Shown here: piece by piece, positions 39,335 through 49,456 of the stretch | How the letters are laid out: every line of letters begins with the position of its first letter | Position numbering within the stretch: the stretch's first letter is position 1 | Source of the DNA: an uncultured Verrucomicrobiales bacterium | Lineage (GTDB): Bacteria; Verrucomicrobiota; Verrucomicrobiia; Verrucomicrobiales; DEV007 | Direction: 5' to 3' | Assembly: GCA_938091905.1 (NCBI GenBank) | Contig: CALKOM010000108.1 | Location: 1-64,000 of the forward strand | Length of the DNA stretch: 64,000 nt | Made by a program: the position numbers and the translations under genes | The notes under the pieces: model-generated | Database searches by the model: none | The model's input: only the letters and a program-made list of their open reading frames with translations | What the model was told of the DNA's origin: nothing

Positions 39335-39751
39335 CTAGGAAGCTTTTCTTCTCGCGAGAGCACCACTAAGGAATCCCATCGGAAGATACGCCAGCAAGAG
39401 ATCAACCATATTGTACCACATCGGGCCACCGATCATCTTCACCATCATCGCGCCACCGATCAGAAAAAACACGCCGACGCCAAGGGCGACTTTCATGTGG
39501 TCGCTGGCAGCCAACTTAACAGCGGCGAAAGCACCTACCAGTGTTCCAAGGGCATGACCTAAAAATGGAAAGATGAAATTAGCCGTTGTGAACAAACTCA
39601 TGCTCTCTCGGAGTCCCTCCATAGACGAAACGGAAGCGCCCTCAGGCAGGGGAACGACGGACGGGCCGACATTCACCAGCGCCATATTAACAATGCTACC
39701 GACGACCACGCCGCCAATTCCGGCCAATAGATTCCTAATAATGGCATTCAT
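39335..39751 (-). CDS. Four-TM membrane protein
   Basis: Hydrophobic helices; FIFPFLGHALGTLVGAF, PMWYNMVDLLLAYLPMG. Confidence 0.8.
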   Translation of the reverse strand: MNAIIRNLLAGIGGVVVGSIVNMALVNVGPSVVPLPEGASVSSMEGLRESMSLFTTANFIFPFLGHALGTLVGAFAAVKLAASDHMKVALGVGVFFLIGGAMMVKMIGGPMWYNMVDLLLAYLPMGFLSGALARRKAS

Positions 39752-40212
39752 GATCCGCCATTCTTGAATGTCTCAAGGGCAATCAACCAGGTAAATCCAA
39801 ACGAACCAACCTGCTTGCCTTCCTGGTCAAATATCTCAATGTTAATTTCTACTAAGGCCTTCCCTCGCGTATCAACCGTCGCAATCGCTTCAACGATCAC
39901 CTCCCGCTCGGTCTTCACTCGGGACGAAACGACACCAGTTGCAGGGCGGAGATACTTCGCGGCCGACCTCCGGACGACTCCACCTACATCCGTCCTCTCT
40001 CCACGAGACCGATTGAGGAATTCGCCACTGGTTGCTTCAGCCTCCGCAAAGAGCGCACTCGAGTGAATCGTTCCCAGGTGGTTCTCATGACAACGCCCCG
40101 AATCCAAGGCCTGGAGGCAATCATCCTGTGTCGAAAGCGTGATACCTACGCGGGCATTAAAGGGTAATGATAGTATATTCACAACAAAGCTCCGCCCGTC
40201 ATGAATCACCAA
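39748..40212 (-). CDS. Hotdog-fold (PaaI/YiiD-like) thioesterase
   Basis: NHLGTIHSSALFAEAE, AKYLRPATG; start uncertain. Confidence 0.75.
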   Translation of the reverse strand: MVIHDGRSFVVNILSLPFNARVGITLSTQDDCLQALDSGRCHENHLGTIHSSALFAEAEATSGEFLNRSRGERTDVGGVVRRSAAKYLRPATGVVSSRVKTEREVIVEAIATVDTRGKALVEINIEIFDQEGKQVGSFGFTWLIALETFKNGGS

Positions 40213-40244
40213 CCTAGTCCACCCATTCCTTATCTCGGCAAGAG

Positions 40245-40796
40245 TTAGTCAAGAGGCTCTTTGTCGTCCTTGCCGTCCTGAAGCTTAAGGACGTAGAGAA
40301 GGAGACCATTTCCCCATTCTGGGCCTTCCATGAAAACAGGGCTGCCAGGCTTAAGAATGGCGTCTGTCTTTACAATCGCTTTGCCTTGATTCCAAAGTTG
40401 GAGATCGAGCTTCACGCCGATGCCATCTTCAGTCAGCCCCGCGAAGTCGAATTTTACGCAAAGTTGTTTTGAGGGTGCCACCCAGGAGTGGGTGGTTTTG
40501 AAGAGAGCCTCAGCTCGTGTTCCTAACACTTGGAAGTGCTTGTAATCCTTGAAAACCTGCTGCAGCGCCTTGGCCATTTCGGCATCGGCATCTTCGTAGC
40601 CGTCTCGTTTGGAGGCAGCGTCTTTGACTGCGTAGACAAGCGCCCCCCAGAGTTTCTTGGAGCCCTCAATATCATTGGCCACGGCTTTTTTTCCAACGTC
40701 AGCCTCTGCTGGTGTCTGCGCGCTCGACCACCACATTGCGACGGAGCAGAGGAGCCCGAGGCAAATGAGGGTGATTCTGTGAGTGAGTGCGCGCAT
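40245..40796 (-). CDS. Secreted hypothetical protein, third gene of the ECF operon
   Basis: N-terminal signal/TM; co-directional with the sigma and anti-sigma genes, 14 bp gap. Confidence 0.75.
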   Translation of the reverse strand: MRALTHRITLICLGLLCSVAMWWSSAQTPAEADVGKKAVANDIEGSKKLWGALVYAVKDAASKRDGYEDADAEMAKALQQVFKDYKHFQVLGTRAEALFKTTHSWVAPSKQLCVKFDFAGLTEDGIGVKLDLQLWNQGKAIVKTDAILKPGSPVFMEGPEWGNGLLLYVLKLQDGKDDKEPLD

Positions 40797-40810
40797 ACTG
40801 CAACAGATCG

Positions 40811-41440
40811 TTAGTAAGCAGGTCGATGCATGACAAATTCAATCTGAGGTCCAACAAATTCTTCCTCTAAATTAATGTCGAGGTCTGTATCGACAACGAA
40901 GGGGCCCTCGTGCCTGTCGTTGTCTGCATCTGCCAGGATCAAATCAAACTCAGCCGGTAAGCGCTCCATTCCCTCAAGACGAATGACCATAGCATTGGCT
41001 TCGGCATCAAAACTCGTGACGGCAAAAATGGACTCGTCTGGAGTGTAGGCAGAAACGATCTGGCTCCCTCGGTGGGTCTTCTCACCGATGATGCCAATCT
41101 GGGTCAATGTGAAGACAACGAGAGCGGCAGCGGCAAGCGGGGCCGCCCAAGATAGGTGCAACCACTTGGGTAGCCAAGAAGCTCGCGCGGGTTCGGCGGC
41201 TTCCGCTTCGTCCAGATCGCGCATCTGCTTCTGCAGATGGCTATTGAAGAAGTCCGCAAAGGGCGGGGTCCGCTCGGCGGGAAAGGTAGCCTGGAGATCT
41301 TCAGAAAGTTGACCGAAGAAGGCTTGGTCCTCGTCTAGAGACACACCTTCTGCAGCCGAGGCAGATTTGAGCGCCTCCACTTCCTCAGGCGAGAGTTCGC
41401 CATCGATCCATCGATTCCACTGTTCTTCACTGGGCTTCAT
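40811..41440 (-). CDS. Membrane anti-sigma factor
   Basis: WNRWIDGELSPEE N-terminus, single TM, overlaps the sigma stop. Confidence 0.75.
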   Translation of the reverse strand: MKPSEEQWNRWIDGELSPEEVEALKSASAAEGVSLDEDQAFFGQLSEDLQATFPAERTPPFADFFNSHLQKQMRDLDEAEAAEPARASWLPKWLHLSWAAPLAAAALVVFTLTQIGIIGEKTHRGSQIVSAYTPDESIFAVTSFDAEANAMVIRLEGMERLPAEFDLILADADNDRHEGPFVVDTDLDINLEEEFVGPQIEFVMHRPAY

Positions 41441-42086
41441 AAACGTCTTTCAAGAGGGATTGTAATTTCTTCCGGGCATAGAACAAGCGCGACATAACGG
41501 TACCTATTGAAACACCGATAATTTCAGCAATCTCGTTGTATTGACGGCCATCGATCTCCTTCAAGAGGATCACGGCGCGATGCTCTGGGGAAAGTTTGGC
41601 AATGGCTGCCTCGATGCTCGAGCGGAGTTCGCGATGCTGAATCTTGTCGTCTGGACGGGCCTCCTTGAAAGGCACCGTCTTGGCTTTCGGGTCGATGGAC
41701 TGCTGAATAGTCTCGTCGAATTCGCCCTCGGCCTGCACCTTGCGTTTCCGCATCCAATCGTAAGTCACGTTGTGCGCGATACGGTAGAGCCATGTGTAGA
41801 AACTCGAGCGGGCCTCAAATTTCGGCAGGGCCTTCCACGCCTTTATGAAGGCCTCTTGAGAGAGGTCCCAAGCATCGGCTTCGCTCTTGACCATGTTATA
41901 TATCATTGCATAAACGCGTCCTCTGTAGCGAGTGACGAGCTCGTCAAACGCACCAGTATCCCCCGCCTGACAGCGGACAACCAGCGCATCATCAGGAGGA
42001 CCGTTCTCGGCATCTGCCGTCTCGGAACCTCCGTCCGAAGACGGCTTCACTCGAGATTCTGACGCGGTGGACGGCGAATTATTCAT
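41427..42086 (-). CDS. ECF sigma-70 factor (RpoE-like)
   Basis: GDTGAFDELVTRY, DAWDLSQEAF, FYTWLYRIAHN, YNEIAEIIGVSIGTVMSRLFYAR. Confidence 0.94.
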   Translation of the reverse strand: MNNSPSTASESRVKPSSDGGSETADAENGPPDDALVVRCQAGDTGAFDELVTRYRGRVYAMIYNMVKSEADAWDLSQEAFIKAWKALPKFEARSSFYTWLYRIAHNVTYDWMRKRKVQAEGEFDETIQQSIDPKAKTVPFKEARPDDKIQHRELRSSIEAAIAKLSPEHRAVILLKEIDGRQYNEIAEIIGVSIGTVMSRLFYARKKLQSLLKDVYEAQ

Positions 42087-42277
42087 GGTCAAAGCCGCGT
42101 AGTTGCGGTTTCGGACATTAATAACACAGGCCTTCGGATGGGCACGACCGAAATCCAGCCAATCGGGACCAGAGACTCGCAAGTTTCAGTAGATAAAGCC
42201 GGGATTCTCATTCTCTGCCGCGGCGAGATGAGGGGTAATCTTAGGACTTTCCCTGCGGTGATTTGGCGCGGCCGGAC

Positions 42278-42312
42278 ACAAGAAAGGCGCCCACCATGAG
42301 ATGAGCGCCTTT
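42278..42312 (-). terminator. Rho-independent terminator after rplQ
   Basis: Minus strand AAAGGCGCTCA-TCTCATGG-TGGGCGCCTTT followed by CTTGT. Confidence 0.65.
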
Positions 42313-42342
42313 GCTGAAAGTGCTTTTTAGCCAGCGAACGGC

Positions 42343-42774
42343 CTACTTGTCAGAAGCGTCGCCTGCAGACTCAGCGGCTGCTTCAGGCTCGATAGCGAAG
42401 TCGTCATCACTTTCGATCTGGTAATCGACCCACTCCAAGTAGGCCATAGGTGCAGCGTCGCTAAAGCGTGGGCCGAGCTTGGTGATACGGCAATACCCAC
42501 CCTGGCGGCCTTCGCTCGCCGGTGCGACCTCTTCAAAGAGCTTCTTCACGATGCCCTTCTGCTTCAGGAAAGCGGCAGCTTGGCGGCGTGCATGAATCGT
42601 GCCGCGCTTGCCCAAGGTGACCATCTTCTCGGCGATGGGCTTGGTGGCTTTGGCTTTGGCTAAAGTAGTTTTGATGCGGCGATGCTCGATCAGGCTGCAA
42701 ACTTGATTCGACAACATCGATTTCCGATGCGCCGCGTCGCGCTGCAGCTTCACTGTCTTACGTTGGTGTCTCAT
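42343..42774 (-). CDS. rplQ: 50S ribosomal protein L17
   Basis: MRHQRKTVKLQRDAAHRKSML...IKTTLAKAK...GGYCRITKLGPRFSDAAPMA. Confidence 0.98.
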   Translation of the reverse strand: MRHQRKTVKLQRDAAHRKSMLSNQVCSLIEHRRIKTTLAKAKATKPIAEKMVTLGKRGTIHARRQAAAFLKQKGIVKKLFEEVAPASEGRQGGYCRITKLGPRFSDAAPMAYLEWVDYQIESDDDFAIEPEAAAESAGDASDK

Positions 42775-42811
42775 AGCGTATTGTTAGAAAAGGGACTTCG
42801 TGAGTCCAGTG

Positions 42812-43912
42812 TTAGTCATCGAGATTCCGGCTAATCAATGAAGCGAGGCCGCCACCATCATCGTCATCTGCGATGGTGAATCGGCTAGCAGGTTCACCGC
42901 CTTTGAGCATGGGCGACCCAAAGGGTGATTCGAGCAGTGCAGGATCGATTGTCATGCCGAGGCTGAGGCCCAGCTCTGACAACTTGTCCTTGATCTCGTT
43001 GAGTGACTTTTTACCGAAGTTGCGGTACTTGAGCATTTCGGCCTCTGTCTTCATGGCAAGCTGGCCAACGGTGGTGATGTTGGCGTTGTTCAAGCAGTTC
43101 GCCGCACGGACAGAGAGTTCGATCTCATTGACGCTCATGTTGAGCAGCTTCTTGAGCTCTTGGTTCTCTTCGCTCTGAGCTTCAGGCGCTTCTTCAAATT
43201 CGATCTGGCTGTCGTCGTAGTCCACGAAGACGTCGAGGTGATGACGCAAGATGGAAGAAGCTTGCGTCAACGCATCGGGAGGTGAGAGGCGACCGTCGGT
43301 CCAGATATCAAGGACGAGCTTGTCGTAGTCCGTCTTCTGACCGACCCGCGTGTTTTCCACACCATACTTCACGCGGCGGACCGGTGAGAAGATAGAGTCG
43401 ATAGGAATGACACCGATGGGCATGTCGCCACGCTTGTTCTCTTCGCCAGTGGCAAAGCCGCGGCCCACGCGAATTTCGAACTCGGCCTCGAACTTGGTCT
43501 TGCGATCCAGGTGACAAATGACTTGGTCTGGATTCACAATCTCATACATCGTGTCCTGGGTGATGTCGCCAGCGGTGACAGGACCGCTCTTGTTCACGGA
43601 GAGAGAAAGGATGCGGGGCTCCTTGTCGTGGTGCTTGAAGCGGATCTGCTTCAAATTGAGAATGATCAGGGTCACGTCTTCAACGACGCCTGGCAACGTG
43701 GTGAACTCGTGAGGCGCTCCGGCGAGTTTCACGGAGGTGATGGCAGCGCCTTCCAAAGAGGAAAGGAGCACCCGGCGGAGGGAGTTGCCGATGGTGTGAC
43801 CATAACCACCTTCAAAAGGCTCCGCCGTGAACTGGCAATAGGTGTCGGTGGTCGTCGCCTCGTCTTTCGAGAGGCGATTCGGCATTTCGAATCGGGCTAA
43901 TCTTACTGGCAT
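42812..43912 (-). CDS. rpoA: RNA polymerase alpha subunit
   Basis: EPFEGGYGHTIGNSLRRVLLSS, DSIFSPVRRV, ELSVRAANCL, NFGKKSLNEI; start MPVRLARF. Confidence 0.98.
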   Translation of the reverse strand: MPVRLARFEMPNRLSKDEATTTDTYCQFTAEPFEGGYGHTIGNSLRRVLLSSLEGAAITSVKLAGAPHEFTTLPGVVEDVTLIILNLKQIRFKHHDKEPRILSLSVNKSGPVTAGDITQDTMYEIVNPDQVICHLDRKTKFEAEFEIRVGRGFATGEENKRGDMPIGVIPIDSIFSPVRRVKYGVENTRVGQKTDYDKLVLDIWTDGRLSPPDALTQASSILRHHLDVFVDYDDSQIEFEEAPEAQSEENQELKKLLNMSVNEIELSVRAANCLNNANITTVGQLAMKTEAEMLKYRNFGKKSLNEIKDKLSELGLSLGMTIDPALLESPFGSPMLKGGEPASRFTIADDDDGGGLASLISRNLDD

Positions 43913-43925
43913 GGTATCTTGGGTT

Positions 43926-43991
43926 TGCTGGGTTTCCCCTGACGAGCAGGATGACAGCCTTGTGTGGCAGCCATCCCAGGGACCTACAGCA
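43926..43991 (-). promoter_or_regulatory. Candidate structured 5' leader RNA of rpoA-rplQ
   Basis: Nested helices UGCUG/CAGCA, GGU/ACC, CCCUG/CAGGG, GGAUGGC/GUCAUCC, GCC/GGC, ending 13 nt before the ATG. Confidence 0.5.
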
Positions 43992-44140
43992 GAATTGAGA
44001 GGCTCGCGGAACGCGGAGCTTGCATGCGGAAAGGACGTTTGCAACCGGAAATCCAGGAGTCTGAGCGACATTTTTGGAGGCCTATCGACGCTAGAAGGTC
44101 CCCTGAATCAGCGTATCATGGCTAATAGTCTTCCTTCCTG

Positions 44141-44611
44141 GTGCGATTTCTACTAGCCATCTGCTTCGCAGCCATTCTCGCGCCCTTAGTCGCCTTCTGG
44201 GTTTGGCTCCAGCAACGTCGGATTCTGAGATCGGGGCGGCCCCTCTCTAACCGGGAAGCAGGCCTGGCGGCAGCCGTTGGCATGACGGATCCAACAGTGT
44301 TACGGGTGTTGGTGCTGGAGACCGTGCCCATGCCGGGACCGCGTTGGGCACATCGATTCGCCCAGAGGCTTGGCTTTCCAGCCCTCACCGCTGCCGGGAT
44401 GAGCTTAGGAAAAGGCATCTACCTGGACCAAAAGTTCGAAGATCGCCCGGTGCTCTTGGCTCATGAGTGTGTGCATTCGGCGCAATACGAGCGCCATGGA
44501 ATCTTCGGCTTTCTCTGTCGCTACCTCTACCAATGTGTCCGGGCAGGCTATGCCAACGCCGCCTTTGAAAGGGAAGCGGTCGGTCGGTCAGAAGCCGCGT
44601 GCCGCACCTAA
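44141..44611 (+). CDS. Membrane-anchored HExxH protein (DUF4157-like putative metallopeptidase)
   Basis: AGMSLGKGIY, LLAHECVHSAQY, FEREA. Confidence 0.75.
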   Translation: MRFLLAICFAAILAPLVAFWVWLQQRRILRSGRPLSNREAGLAAAVGMTDPTVLRVLVLETVPMPGPRWAHRFAQRLGFPALTAAGMSLGKGIYLDQKFEDRPVLLAHECVHSAQYERHGIFGFLCRYLYQCVRAGYANAAFEREAVGRSEAACRT

Positions 44612-44612
44612 T

Positions 44613-45386
44613 CTAACGACCTAACAAAGCCCCCGCATCAACAACCAGTGTCTGTCCGGTGACCAGTCGCGAACCTTCTAACAAACTCTCGACGGCCTGG
44701 GCCACATCTTCTGGAAGGGCTATCTTGCCCAAAGCGGAACCGGCTTCGTTGCGACTGGCTAGGGTCTGGTAATCATCGCCCAGACCGTCGTGAGTCCACT
44801 GCGAATCGATGAAACCTGGCGCAATCGCATTGACCCGGATCTTTGGCGCTAACGTCCGCGCCAAGGATTGTGTCAGGCTAATCAGGGCAGCTTTGGACGC
44901 ACAATAGGGAATCGAACTTCCATTTCCGCAGATCCCCGCGATACTTGCAATGTTGATGATTTGGCCATTCCCAGAGGCACCCAGGGCTTCTTGGGCCGCC
45001 CGCGCACATTGAAAAGGCCCGCGCACATTCACGGCAAAGATACGATCCCACAACTCGGTACTGACGGCATCCAGTTGCTCGTGGGGAATGAATTTCGTCG
45101 TTGCTGCATTGTTCACTAAGACGTCCAGACGCCCTAATTCTGCTAGCGCGTCGTCTACCATGGCACGACACGCCTCATCGTCTGAGGTGTCTCCTTGCAC
45201 GATCACGGCCTTTACTCCAAGAGCTTCGATCGCCGCAGCCGTCTCCTCCGCCTGCGCCTTGGAATCCCGGTGATTGATCGCAACGTCATAGCCTCCCGAC
45301 GCTAAGAGAAGTGCCGTGGCGCGGCCGACGCCTCTGCTTCCACCTGTAATGAGAACAGCTTTGTTAGATTGATTATTCGGAGCCAT
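44613..45386 (-). CDS. Short-chain dehydrogenase/reductase
   Basis: TGGSRGVG, LVNNAA, YCASK, RVNAIAPG. Confidence 0.95.
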   Translation of the reverse strand: MAPNNQSNKAVLITGGSRGVGRATALLLASGGYDVAINHRDSKAQAEETAAAIEALGVKAVIVQGDTSDDEACRAMVDDALAELGRLDVLVNNAATTKFIPHEQLDAVSTELWDRIFAVNVRGPFQCARAAQEALGASGNGQIINIASIAGICGNGSSIPYCASKAALISLTQSLARTLAPKIRVNAIAPGFIDSQWTHDGLGDDYQTLASRNEAGSALGKIALPEDVAQAVESLLEGSRLVTGQTLVVDAGALLGR

Positions 45387-45509
45387 GAAACAGCACCATC
45401 ACCCAACGTAGAGGAACTCGCAAGAGTTCCTCGCGTAGGTCAAATTAGCTTCGCATCTCTGGCTAGCTCGTCTACACGGGCCCTGCGCAAGAACCTGAGA
45501 CAGACTTCG

Positions 45510-48500
45510 TCAATCGTGGATAACACGCAAGCGCATAAACCGTCTCATGGCCGGTGGTTCCTGGAGGGGAATGAGATCGCGGACGATTACCGTTTCCGCG
45601 TCGTCACCCTGATCGACAGTGTCTACAATAGATGAATTCATGCTCCAGCCTGTCAAATCGTTCCCGATCTCGACCAGGTAAGTGAGGTCCGCTGCATTCG
45701 TGATGCGTGTGAACCTAAGTGCCAGGTAGCTGTTCGAGTCGTGGCCCACAACGAGCCCCTCAAGCACACCATCCGAAACCTCTGGATCTGTCCCTAGCGC
45801 ATACTCTAGCAGATTCGAGACACCGTCACCGTCAGGATCTGCGAGAACACCGCTGACCGTAGGATCAGCTTGCTCCGACACGCTGAATTTCGATGCCGTC
45901 CACTCAGGAAGCGTCACCGAGAATCTCGTTTCCTCCGCCCCAGGGGTTCCCAGCGCTGCCCCACCGGCAGCCCAGCTAGCTTCCTCAGCCCAAGTTTCGA
46001 AACCTGCCCCGATGTCACGGATCACCAGCGCGTATCCCTTTCCGTCTGTAGGTGTGTGCCAAGTGTCATTGTAAGTGAATTCCAGGATGTTCTCGCCGAT
46101 GTCGTCTAACAACTTCACAGACTCCCCATCGTTATTCAGACGCCCCGTGTATGCTCCAGCTACCACCGGGATCCCTCCATACCGAGCGCGGAAAGCCGGT
46201 TCATCACTGACGACGACTAGGTGGGCTCCTGGGGCCAGAGTAGTTCCTGGAGTGAAGGTGAAGACGATCCCATCGGCAAACTGAGCGCCGCTAAGATTGA
46301 GCACGATGCTTCCAGTATTTGTGAGTTCCACGTATTCAAAATCTGACCCGTCCCACTGTCCATTGATTGCGAGTTCAGCATCTGTGGGATCCGCCGGGTT
46401 GTATTGAACTTCCGAAACCCGCAGCGCACTCTGCATAGCGGAGGGCGCACCAGTATATGTCAAAGAATCCACAAGTGTGCCCTGATCATCATGAAGTGTA
46501 ATCGTTTCACCACGAGCGGACAGCTGACCAGCGTAGCCGTGGATGACAAAGCGTTGTTCTCCGCCTGTAGGGCTCGTGCTGCGACTGCGGAATGACTTCG
46601 CATCGCGGGCAATGTGCAAGGTCTTACCTGACGGAATCACCGTGCCAGCGGGAATCGTCATGCGAACGGCATCGCCGATCACCCAGCTCGAAATATCAAC
46701 GGCCTCACTATGGGGATGGCTCAGGGTGAAATATTCTTCTAAAGGATTTCCCGAACTGGGGCTAAACTCTCCCATCGTGATGGAAACACTCCGATTCGTG
46801 GCTTGGGCAGGGGGCACGATGCCCGCCATGGTCTCATAGATGTAACTACGTCTTCCGGGCAGATGTTCAGTAATCAGTCGATTGGTAGCTTCGCCTGCTC
46901 GATGGTCGTTTCCCCACGAACCCCATTTCGCATAATCCAAATCGGCGTCCGTCGTAACTACAGCGCTAGGATCTAATCGCTCCAGCACTTCATTGGCAAC
47001 TACATCAACTCGAGCATTGACCGCGCCTGGCGGTCCAAGAATCTGATCATTCACTGTTCTAAGACGGCGCAGATACATATCGAGCAGCTCCGGATTATCG
47101 TAGATCAAATTATAGAAGTCGTTCCCGGGAAACGGGTCCAACGAGTTGTCCTGACTGAGCGTGTCATCAAAGTAACCAAGACCAACTATCCAATTGCGCC
47201 CCCAGTTAAGGTCAATGTCCCAGATCAGCGGAACCCACTCGCCAGACCCTTCAGAATCCCGGTAAACATAATAGTTCTTGTGCCCGTGGTCACGGTCGCT
47301 AATCATGACTCGCGCCGCCATATAGTTGACCAAGCCTGGCAGGTTCACATTGTCATAAGCGTAAGTGAGTTTCGCAGCACTTGACTGAAGCAGGCTTGTG
47401 CGCAGTGCAGTAAGATCCGCGCTTCCCTCGTCTCGACGCGTCTTTTTCTCAAAACTCAGCTGCCCACTATCAATCCGACTATACATCTTATAAAGCGCGC
47501 CGTTCTCGTCCAAACCAACACGGTCGAGGTAACGCTCATCACCGTCCTCGACCATGTCAGCCGTGCTGAAGAAGCTGCCGTTTTGCTGAACACGTACGGG
47601 GAAACTGAAATGCACGGGCGCGCCGATTTCGGCCATGAGCCCGTAGCCAAGCGAGTTCCGAACCTTCGACTTGTCTGCCCAGTTCGTCAGCAGGTTGATG
47701 TCCTTGACTCGACGCTCTCCCTCTGCATAGCGGAACCGTTCTCCTTTGTTGAAATCGAAATCATAACTCTTCTTGGAGAAGCTGGCCGTCGATTGCCCAT
47801 GCAAATCCGTTAGGATATTGTCGTAGAACTGACCCAGAAAGTAGCAAGAGCCGCGCGTTCCCGTGCGACTATCTGCCGCGCTCGGCTCGTCGACGAACCA
47901 GTGCAGGATAGGCAACTGCGACGTGCTCTCGGAGCTGTTCTTGGCCACCGTGCCGTGATATTCGGGAGAATCCAGCGGTTCGAGAAATGCTGGATCTGTA
48001 GTGATTTCGCCGCCTACATCGGTCGCCATAACACGCCAGCGAATCATCTCACCGGGTAGAAGGTTCGTGGTAACGATCTTTCCCGTGTAAATGCCGTCTC
48101 CTGCCATCACGTCATCACCTGTACCAGCATCATTCATCGCAGTTGTCTTCTCCGCGTCATACATCACACGCCACAGAAGATCGACCGACGCAATCCCTTG
48201 AGCCGTGGCCTGCACTTCCGTCGTGATGACTTGACCCGACGAACCGCCACTCACATCTAGACGCTCGACTGTGTCTGTGGTTTCCCCAATCATTGGGCCA
48301 GGGTTGCTCACCCCCTCGCCGTTCGTTACACCCGGGCTTGGCCTTGTGAAATAATTCCTATTTCCGCTCAGCCCCATGGAAGCGAGTTCCCCCACGAGTT
48401 CCCATTTCCAAAGAGCATCATTGCTAGTAGTCGCTTGATTCAGACCATGCACTGCCAACACATTTACTCCCGAAGTGAGCGCGTAATCAGAAGCGCTGAA

Positions 48501-49397
48501 TACAAATTCTTTGACGGCAACCGCGTCGGCGTCCGGGTGGTTCTCACCAACAGAATCATATGCGAGTGCGGTGGGATCGGTTGGAGCGTTAGCACTGGCC
48601 ACCGGAACAGGATTCCCATTTAGGTAAGCCACAAAGCCATCGTCGTGACGGATTCGTAAGGTCAGTCCATTAACTTCCGTGGCACTGGCAAGAGTGAAAC
48701 TGGATCGCATGTAAATGCCAATCGCTCCACCCAACATACTCTCTTGAACATCCGTCTGGATGTAGGCGTCATACGGATCGGGATCGTCAGCGGTATACCC
48801 AATCCCAAGAGGACCACTGGCCCATCCGGTATCACCAAAGCTTTGGTGAATCCAAGACGTCCCGAGATTGAGCGCACCTCCAATATAAACATCGTTCGTG
48901 TCATCGCCAGGGAAGCTGTAACGAACAACAGCATCATCTTCGATGAGCACCGCTTGCCCACTCAACTCCCCCAGGCCGTAGGAGATATCGTCAAACTGAT
49001 CGGGATAGGTCGGTATGTAGCCATGCTCGACGGTCGTGCCGTTCGGCTGCACCAGTGCTAGATAATCTCCACTCGCCTTCAGCTTGAAGTTTGCATGAAG
49101 CTCGCCTGCCGCATCGCGTCTATCCTTATCCGACGCAAAGATCAAGACCCGTTGATTAGCCCCAAGGGTCAGTGGAGGAAAGGTCCACTGCGTGGGCTGC
49201 GCAGGATCATCCGTCAACGACCAACCTGCCAGATTCACACCCGCCGAAGAAACATTTAGAATTTCTAACCAATCCGAACGATCACCATCCTCATCTTTTA
49301 AGCCATTGGTATTCGCCGCCATGAACTCGGAAATCACCAAATTTTGAGCTGAAAGAGAGGCCTGACAAAATAGAAATGTAAAGAGGATGCCTTTCAT
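45510..49397 (-). CDS. Secreted CotH-kinase-family protein with lamin-tail domains
   Basis: LTD starts VISEFMAAN and LRVSEVQYNP; CotH motifs HGQST, KKSYDFDF, DHGHKNYYVY, IWDIDLNWG; C-terminal DPDGDGVSNLLEYALG...FMRLRV. Confidence 0.9.
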   Translation of the reverse strand: MKGILFTFLFCQASLSAQNLVISEFMAANTNGLKDEDGDRSDWLEILNVSSAGVNLAGWSLTDDPAQPTQWTFPPLTLGANQRVLIFASDKDRRDAAGELHANFKLKASGDYLALVQPNGTTVEHGYIPTYPDQFDDISYGLGELSGQAVLIEDDAVVRYSFPGDDTNDVYIGGALNLGTSWIHQSFGDTGWASGPLGIGYTADDPDPYDAYIQTDVQESMLGGAIGIYMRSSFTLASATEVNGLTLRIRHDDGFVAYLNGNPVPVASANAPTDPTALAYDSVGENHPDADAVAVKEFVFSASDYALTSGVNVLAVHGLNQATTSNDALWKWELVGELASMGLSGNRNYFTRPSPGVTNGEGVSNPGPMIGETTDTVERLDVSGGSSGQVITTEVQATAQGIASVDLLWRVMYDAEKTTAMNDAGTGDDVMAGDGIYTGKIVTTNLLPGEMIRWRVMATDVGGEITTDPAFLEPLDSPEYHGTVAKNSSESTSQLPILHWFVDEPSAADSRTGTRGSCYFLGQFYDNILTDLHGQSTASFSKKSYDFDFNKGERFRYAEGERRVKDINLLTNWADKSKVRNSLGYGLMAEIGAPVHFSFPVRVQQNGSFFSTADMVEDGDERYLDRVGLDENGALYKMYSRIDSGQLSFEKKTRRDEGSADLTALRTSLLQSSAAKLTYAYDNVNLPGLVNYMAARVMISDRDHGHKNYYVYRDSEGSGEWVPLIWDIDLNWGRNWIVGLGYFDDTLSQDNSLDPFPGNDFYNLIYDNPELLDMYLRRLRTVNDQILGPPGAVNARVDVVANEVLERLDPSAVVTTDADLDYAKWGSWGNDHRAGEATNRLITEHLPGRRSYIYETMAGIVPPAQATNRSVSITMGEFSPSSGNPLEEYFTLSHPHSEAVDISSWVIGDAVRMTIPAGTVIPSGKTLHIARDAKSFRSRSTSPTGGEQRFVIHGYAGQLSARGETITLHDDQGTLVDSLTYTGAPSAMQSALRVSEVQYNPADPTDAELAINGQWDGSDFEYVELTNTGSIVLNLSGAQFADGIVFTFTPGTTLAPGAHLVVVSDEPAFRARYGGIPVVAGAYTGRLNNDGESVKLLDDIGENILEFTYNDTWHTPTDGKGYALVIRDIGAGFETWAEEASWAAGGAALGTPGAEETRFSVTLPEWTASKFSVSEQADPTVSGVLADPDGDGVSNLLEYALGTDPEVSDGVLEGLVVGHDSNSYLALRFTRITNAADLTYLVEIGNDLTGWSMNSSIVDTVDQGDDAETVIVRDLIPLQEPPAMRRFMRLRVIHD

Positions 49398-49456
49398 AGA
49401 TGGGTCGCGGTAGAAATACGCCACCTTGAAAGGTCCATCAATCGAATTGCACCGAC

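Noticed and set aside
43913..44071. N-terminal extensions in the ORF track for rpoA (and likewise moaA, rpsF, the AKR, and the 52847 and 26879 ORFs)
   Set aside because: Family similarity or signal peptides begin at downstream ATGs; the extensions come from longest-ORF calling.
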